From contig CM120645.1 of NCBI GenBank assembly GCA_051362555.1, positions 21,948,001 to 22,012,000 on the forward strand: a stretch of 64,000 nt of DNA. Direction: 5' to 3'. Every line of letters begins with the position of its first letter. Position 1 is the first letter of the stretch. The notes under the pieces were generated by a model. The model saw only the letters and a program-made list of their open reading frames with translations. It was not told the origin of the DNA and did not search any database. This document shows, piece by piece, positions 57,912 through 64,000 of this stretch. The DNA comes from Lingula anatina. Lineage: Eukaryota > Animalia > Brachiopoda. A program made the translations under genes and the position numbers.

Positions 57912-58280
57912 GTTTTTGCGTTATTTTCAGACTCAAAAGTTTCAATAACAAATGTGAAGGTGTTCAAACCCATTAAACGAATGGAATTTTATAGAATGAT
58001 GACATAAATAAACACAAAAGGAGCATTTCAGAGACGGAGAAATTCATAAGTTACATTATTCCATTTTGATTTAGTAATAAGAACGTTAAAATACGTTAAC
58101 TTTGCTGTTGCCTTGGATATATAGCAATAAAATCGTAAACATATTCTGAATCAAAATATTATTATAGTATGCTGTTGTAAATGAGAAAAACGCATTGGAG
58201 GCAGTACGTATTTCTATTAATGGATCTGAACACCTTCACATTTGTTATTGAAACTTTTGAGTCTGAAAATAATGCAAAAA
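57912..58280. repeat. ~65-bp inverted repeat pair (MITE remnant)
   Basis: ATTTTCAGACTCAAAAGTTTCAATAACAAATGTGAAGGTGTTCA versus its reverse complement at 58226-58270. Confidence 0.7.
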
Positions 58281-58407
58281 TGTGAAAAAAATAATACATC
58301 AGTGCTCTAATGTTACTTATATTTTCATTTGTTTGTACTTATTTAAATTCTAATCTTTTGAACAATAAAGTGAAAACATGTGTATCTTTAAATTACGCCA
58401 TACTCAC

Positions 58408-58811
58408 CTCCAAGGGAAAAAAACAACCTCTTCCCCAATTTGGTATCATCACCTCTGACATGAGTCAAGCGCCGAATATTTATGGGTAAATCTTCGAAGG
58501 ACGCGTCCAACAATATAGGAATGAAGGTGTCTTCGCTCGTCTCTGCAGCCTTATGCAGCGCCATATCTTTTTCATGCTGGCACCAAGAACTCGTAAGAAA
58601 GTCTTTTGAAAGAAAACAGATAACGTAGGTACACTTTTCAAGGGCTTCTTCGATACAAGACACCGTTGTTGTACCTGGGCGGAAATCTTTTTTTGAGTAG
58701 CAGCAGCTGACTCCCCTTTTCTCCAATGTGTCCCTGACACTTTCCACAAATTCAGCATCAACATTACTGTGGGCCAAAAATGCATCATACATGTCTTTAT
58801 AAAGAACGGAT
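58408..58811 (-). CDS. TIR-domain exon B (404 nt, phase 2 in / phase 1 out)
   Basis: YDAFLAHSNVDAEFV...GVSCCYSKKDFRPG...SKDFLTSSWCQHE...FIPILL. Acceptor TTTATCATTCCAG|A, donor AG|GTGAGT. Confidence 0.92.
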
Positions 58812-59746
58812 CTGGAATGATAAATGTCATTTCTTTATAATGGTGCTCGTAATGTAATTCGATAGTGTATAGCCTGATCATATAAGCTTTAGGTAAAGTA
58901 AGGTAAAAATTTAAAAAAAAATCGATAATAAGAATTTTAATACAAATATTTATATAATAAAACAAAGAAAATTAAAAAATACCGTTCAACAACAAAATAC
59001 ATATTAATATACAAATGAGAAATAATTAAATAAATGAATGAAAAATGATTAAATGAATGAAATAAATTGAAATTTGTCAATTCAGTTATAGAACATTAAT
59101 AAAAATATCAATATTATTACATATTAATAAATAAGGTTAATTCATACAATACAATCTAAATAATTATAAGAATAACTAGAGGATCAGAGTGGTGATACCG
59201 CCTCCGGGTATTGTACCACCAGCTGGAGTAAGCGCATTCATATGGAAAACAAAAAAAGGGACACCACCTCCAGTGTTGTGCTTGACAAGCTCTACAAAAT
59301 GCAGTAAACAAGAGTTCTCAATTTCTTTGTAGAACATTATAATTTATAACAAATTCGTGGAGAAAAGTAAAAGGTCAAATACACCAGCGCCTCACTGGTG
59401 GTACAATAAATATTTAATTGATTTTCACTGATTTTCAATGTGTGAAATATTGCTTTTCCTTTTATATTAATCAATGGGTTTGTTTTTTATATTTGTTTTC
59501 ATGCCAGTTCAAAACTACGAACAAAAGAGGCAGTCAAACATTGAAATAAACAACCTACCTATCAATCGCATCTTTTCTCTATTGTTATTGTACATGTACT
59601 TATTGAAAAAGAGGGGAAGATCAATTGCCATTCAAGCGGACAAAGACCGGGTTACATACAAAATTTGCTCTATTGTCCTGAATAGAATTCCAATCATATG
59701 GGCCGAATATAGCAAGGAATCGCTATTTTCATAGGATTTAGCTTAC

Positions 59747-59925
59747 TCCCGTTTTGTTGTATTGCACTCCTCCAAAGAACTGTCAGCATTGCTGGAATAT
59801 TTTGTTGGTGTGGTGTCATAAGATGAAGACATGACTATCTTTGGTGTGGTGTCATCAGATGAAGATGTAACTATCTCACTCAGGAAGGGAGTGCCCTCAT
59901 TCGTGGTAATACCGTCGTCCTCCAT
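59747..59925 (-). CDS. First coding exon of the TIR gene (Ser/Thr-rich N-terminus)
   Basis: Acceptor TTTTTTTCAG|A then ATG. Donor GA|GTAAGC is phase 2, matching the TIR exons. Internal repeat SSSDDTTP/SSSYDTTP. Confidence 0.7.
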
Positions 59926-59957
59926 TCTGAAAAAAATAAACCTACGCTTAAATATAT

Positions 59958-60620
59958 TGTGTCAACAGTGAAGTGGGCATTTTTGGCTTACTCGATTTTT
60001 GGATTTTTGAGTACCTTATAGCTTACAATAGAGTGTGTCAACAAAGAAGACCACATTTCTTTTTCTTTATTGGGCAACTCCTTCCAAAGAATGAGAAGTG
60101 TGGGTGAGGAGTAAGGCATTTATATATTAAATAAGAACTTATATTCACCCTCCCGGCTCCTCCTTACCTCCTCCTCCTCCTCCCTACCTCCCCCTTCCTT
60201 CTCCCGGAGCAAACCGAATGTCAAACACAGAGTCAGAGGACAGTGTGTCGGAAAGCGGTTAAACTAACAAAGAGTCGGTTACAGAGACGGGGGATAATAG
60301 ATCGGAAATGTACAAATATGGGAACAAACTCCTTGACCGTATTTAAAATAATAACCGTATCGAAAATGGTCTAGAATACAAGGCGCTTTTACACTTCTAT
60401 CAAAACAGAAAGCAATACCTGATCTTTTCTTTTCGTTGCCGGTATGCTATCCAATTGAGATACCAGTTGAGAAAAAACATTTTTTAATCTGTTATCAGAT
60501 TTTGTACAAGTTGATTAATTTTCCTTCCACCCTCTGAATCTTGCTATTTTTTTCAAATACTGGTATAACCCACAGTCTTTTCTAATGGTAGAGATGTGAA
60601 TGTAAACCCTTCTGTAAATA
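59958..60620. mobile_element. Rearranged relic of the mini-Polinton family
   Basis: 59958-60080 matches the CTTACAATAG repeats, 60082-60190 matches 46320-46380, and 60206-60620 is the reverse complement of ~44530-44940. Confidence 0.75.
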
Positions 60621-62586
60621 AACCTCTTTTGGGTCAGAAGATAAAGTATTTTTTATTATTCATGGTTCCAGGAAAGTGAAATTTTGATATAAACTTTTTC
60701 ATGTGGGACCCTAAAATAATCAAACATAGTAATCTGCGCACTAAATATTTTAAAGAGGAAATCAGGTTTATTGCCACGTCAAGGGATATCTTGCTTTTAC
60801 TAACAAATTGACTTCACAGGAAAACGTGCGACTTCATCTCCACATAATATAGTCTATTGCCTGCAACTTCATGGGATAATGGTAAAAAAGTGACTATTGT
60901 TTGCCCCATGTTTTGAAATATCATGTCTTTGTACCGCAAATATTATCCAGCATTAGTAAACTGTACGTTTTCGTTATATTAAAAAAACTTGTATGACTGA
61001 ATTAGATTTATGTAGCAACTTTAGTTCTATACACAACGGACGCAGACGACTTTACACTGAGGCACGATTTAATTGCTTTGGCGACTTTTGAGCGTCCTAA
61101 TCACATTTTTCATCGTAGAACGGACGCAGAAAGGACGCCGTCCATTGCAAAACGATGCTTAACTTATGCCCAAGTTTTAGACCCCATTTTCACAGATTTT
61201 AGATCGATATATCCCCGTGAGGAGTCTTACTAGATTACTGTAAGCTTAGCCGCTTAAATGTCTGTCCCGCCCATTTTAAAAAAGCTGTAAGGGAGTAATC
61301 AACTTCCGTGCGCGGTCGTCTGACAGCAATTTAGCGTGAACCCCCAGGGAGTTAGTTCGATCTAGTTGGATCGATCTAAATCTCTGGGAATGCCCTCTTA
61401 GTGTGCATCGAAAGGCTCACCCAAACAGTTAGTCTAGTGAAAACTGCAAGATGTACAGGCACATACAAATAAATGAGTTGTGCACAGGAATTCCCCTGGA
61501 TATTATTTCAGTTATAAAACTATTCTATGACACGCATGCGCGCCGTCCTTAATTCATATTTTCTGCATGGCTAACAAGTGTAAATTCAATAGGCCTATGG
61601 CCAGTGTAAGAGTAAAAGATTAAATCCCCAAATAAATGCAATAAAAAATATACACATATTAATTTTGTAAAGCACCAATACACTACATGTTTATCTTGGT
61701 ATGTAGGGTACTCTATGTGAAATAAGTCACCCTTCAGTGTATGTCATTTGCCTTTCTGTTTAATATATGTAATACATGTAAGATTACGCGATCAACACAA
61801 AAGGTAAACAATTGGATTTAACAACTTTTCAACAAAAGCCTTCATATACAATTTGCCTTGTACTTTTCCGTTATAAATTCAATTCCTTACAAAAGTGTTT
61901 AAACTGGTAAAGATGCATTATACAAGCGTACCTTGGTCTGAGACGTGTTACTTCCCGGGTGGAACAGAAACTCGCAGAGCTATAAAGGGCGGTGACGACG
62001 GGGAATCCCCGAAAATTGTATAAGATCTTTTTAGTACGCCAGGTGTCACTTTTTAGTGACAATATTTCCCGCTTGGGGCGCGACTTAAGGGGGCAGCAGG
62101 CCCCACCTTCCGCGTTGTTAGACTGTGTGTGATGGGGAATTGGATTTTGTTGTGTGCCTGGTGCTCAAATAGGAGAAACTTAACTAAAAAACATAGTTTA
62201 TTTTGATTTCCCGTTATGTAAGTTTTTTTCATAAATTTGAAAATATTTTCTTTATTGAAATTTAACAGCTACGTGCAAATGGAATTACTCAACAGATGAA
62301 AGGTAGCCTGATCTATAAACGCCAAATACCAGAGCTTAGTTTTACCAATAAAATAGATTATTGATCCAACGCGTGCAAAATGCCCTACAAAGTACTTATA
62401 AAAACCCAGAATATAGTTAATATATACATGTATAGAATCAGCGTAAAAAAACTTATCCATAATTTTACTCAAGTTTGTCAGGTCAATACTGCCTTGATAC
62501 ATGCTTTTAAACATGTAAACGGTAACATAATGTAAGCATTAGGAAAAAAAACCCGACTCTCCAAAAATTTTCTACCGAGCTAAAAT

Positions 62587-62830
62587 CTAACGCAGGATAT
62601 TCCTTGCGCGTAGACATGCCATAGGACAAGAACACGAAACATGTTCCACTGTTTGGATTTCACCGGTACCACAGATACGTTTTTGATCCTCTAAGGGGAT
62701 GCGAGACCAGCGGTCCTTCTCTACTGTCAGGTCATGTGGTGACAACCTGTACCGGACTGCAATAATGCTCTCTAACTCCCTGACGTCCATATCAGTATAA
62801 AGTCCGTGTTGGTTAGATCCGGGTTAATCT
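62587..62830 (-). pseudogene. Decayed 3' fragment of a CR1/L2-group LINE ORF2
   Basis: RYRLSPHDLTVEKDRWSRIPLE...ICGTGEIQTVEHVSCSC resembles RFRLSSHxLxIETGRW...CxC..EHVL..C. Confidence 0.7.
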
Positions 62831-63162
62831 CCCTATACATTAGGCCTACAACTTTACAATTTTGATACGCATGCACGCACCCTTACAATACATTCATCAC
62901 TTAAAGTCAAAAATATTTAAAAAATTTGTACGCTTGCATGGTGCATCCGTGCGTACGCCTTTGGTCACGTCCTTGTGTAATTTTGGCAATTCTTGATCCC
63001 TAAAAAGCGACACCTGGCGTACCAAAAAAAAAAAAAAAAAGTTGATGTGATAGGGATGGTAGTCCGCGAGGGACCGTAGTCAATTCACCATTATTTTTTA
63101 CAGTTGACATTCGTCCCATATACTAACCCCAACACATCGACTAACCCTAGCTAACCTGTACT

Positions 63163-63291
63163 TACCCTCTACCAGGGCCTCAGTTATAATTGTGGACATT
63201 TTTGACATCAGACCATAATGACTGTCTATTTATATAGAGACATATCTGTGGATATCTGTGGAAAAACAATCTGTCGCCCTGGTAGAGGGTA
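63163..63291. mobile_element. Second member of the TACCCTCTACCAGGGC MITE family
   Basis: Same 16-bp termini as 52102-52200; 9-bp TSD ACCTGTACT / ACCAGTACT. Confidence 0.8.
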
Positions 63292-64000
63292 ACCAGTACT
63301 AATCATATGGGAGCCCGGACTTCCATTCCTTGGACTAGCATTCCTGCCGTAGGTATCGGTTCTGCTGAGGACCTTAGAATGAAATAAAGCCTAAGTCAAC
63401 GCCTTTTGTAGGTTTTGTAAGCAGGACAACAATGGAGAGGTCGTTATTGTAACTCGGTGAATACTTATGATGGCCCGTCTCGTGCGCACTAGTTTAGCTT
63501 ATTGATAGAATAATTTTAAGGGGTCTAGGATATTAAAAATACGTCTAAAACTCGATTTTTAGTTTTTTATACGTTAGAAATAATCAATTTTGTATCTAAT
63601 ACTCAATTAAGTTATATTTGTGAAACACGGACTAAAAATATACATTTGGACGAGTTTTTCTACCTGTCCTGACTGGTACGGGTGGCAGGCTTTAGGCTCC
63701 GCCTCCGTTGTCAAGCACCGTTACTATGGGGGGCGGGGCAAGAATGGTTGTCTAACTTCTTAAGCTGTTACGCGTGCCCTGGCAGCTCATAAGTCTTACG
63801 TCAGCTAAGCAGAACACAGTTATATAAACAGTCATGGGAAGAAAGAAAGTCGTGAGAAAACGGATGAGCGAGGAAAACAAGAGAATTTTGAAAGAGAGTG
63901 TACGATATATTAAATTTTCTACTATAGAGTCTAAATCACGTCTAGGTAAAGACTCGAGATCACACTTGAACTGCTGAGTATTCGTACAACGTCTGGGGTT

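Noticed and set aside
62030-63026. 27-bp inverted pair GTACGCCAGGTGTC.CTTTTTAG around the LINE fragment
   Set aside because: No TSD or defined boundaries; cannot tell a TIR element from two opposed repeat fragments.

Overview
Eukaryotic, AT-rich genomic DNA, probably from a marine invertebrate judging by the transposon families and TIR genes; the species cannot be determined from sequence alone. About three quarters of the window is transposon-derived. Elements found: three near-full-length CR1/L2-group LINEs, a full-length BEL/Pao LTR element with two nonsense mutations, a P-like non-autonomous element carrying a nested 4-kb solo LTR, a 3.5-kb mini-Polinton/Maverick that keeps only a packaging ATPase and one accessory ORF, and Tc1, Harbinger, hAT-like and Mutator-like MITEs. 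The recognisable host sequence is a minus-strand TIR-domain locus: an ATG exon (59747-59925), two paralogous 404-nt TIR exons with identical splice phases 52 kb apart, and a coiled-coil/transmembrane exon (2983-3398). Main leads: (1) a LINE lineage, present as two diverged copies, whose ORF1 begins with an HPD-less J-domain (DnaJ-like) fused to an SGNH esterase; (2) the ATPase-only mini-Polinton; (3) a possible mutually exclusive active/decoy pair of TIR exons; (4) a LINE with an extra ORF holding a vestigial endonuclease and tandem 2A-like motifs; (5) a solo LTR carrying roughly 110 GATA-type sites. All domain calls come from reading motifs by eye; no searches were run.
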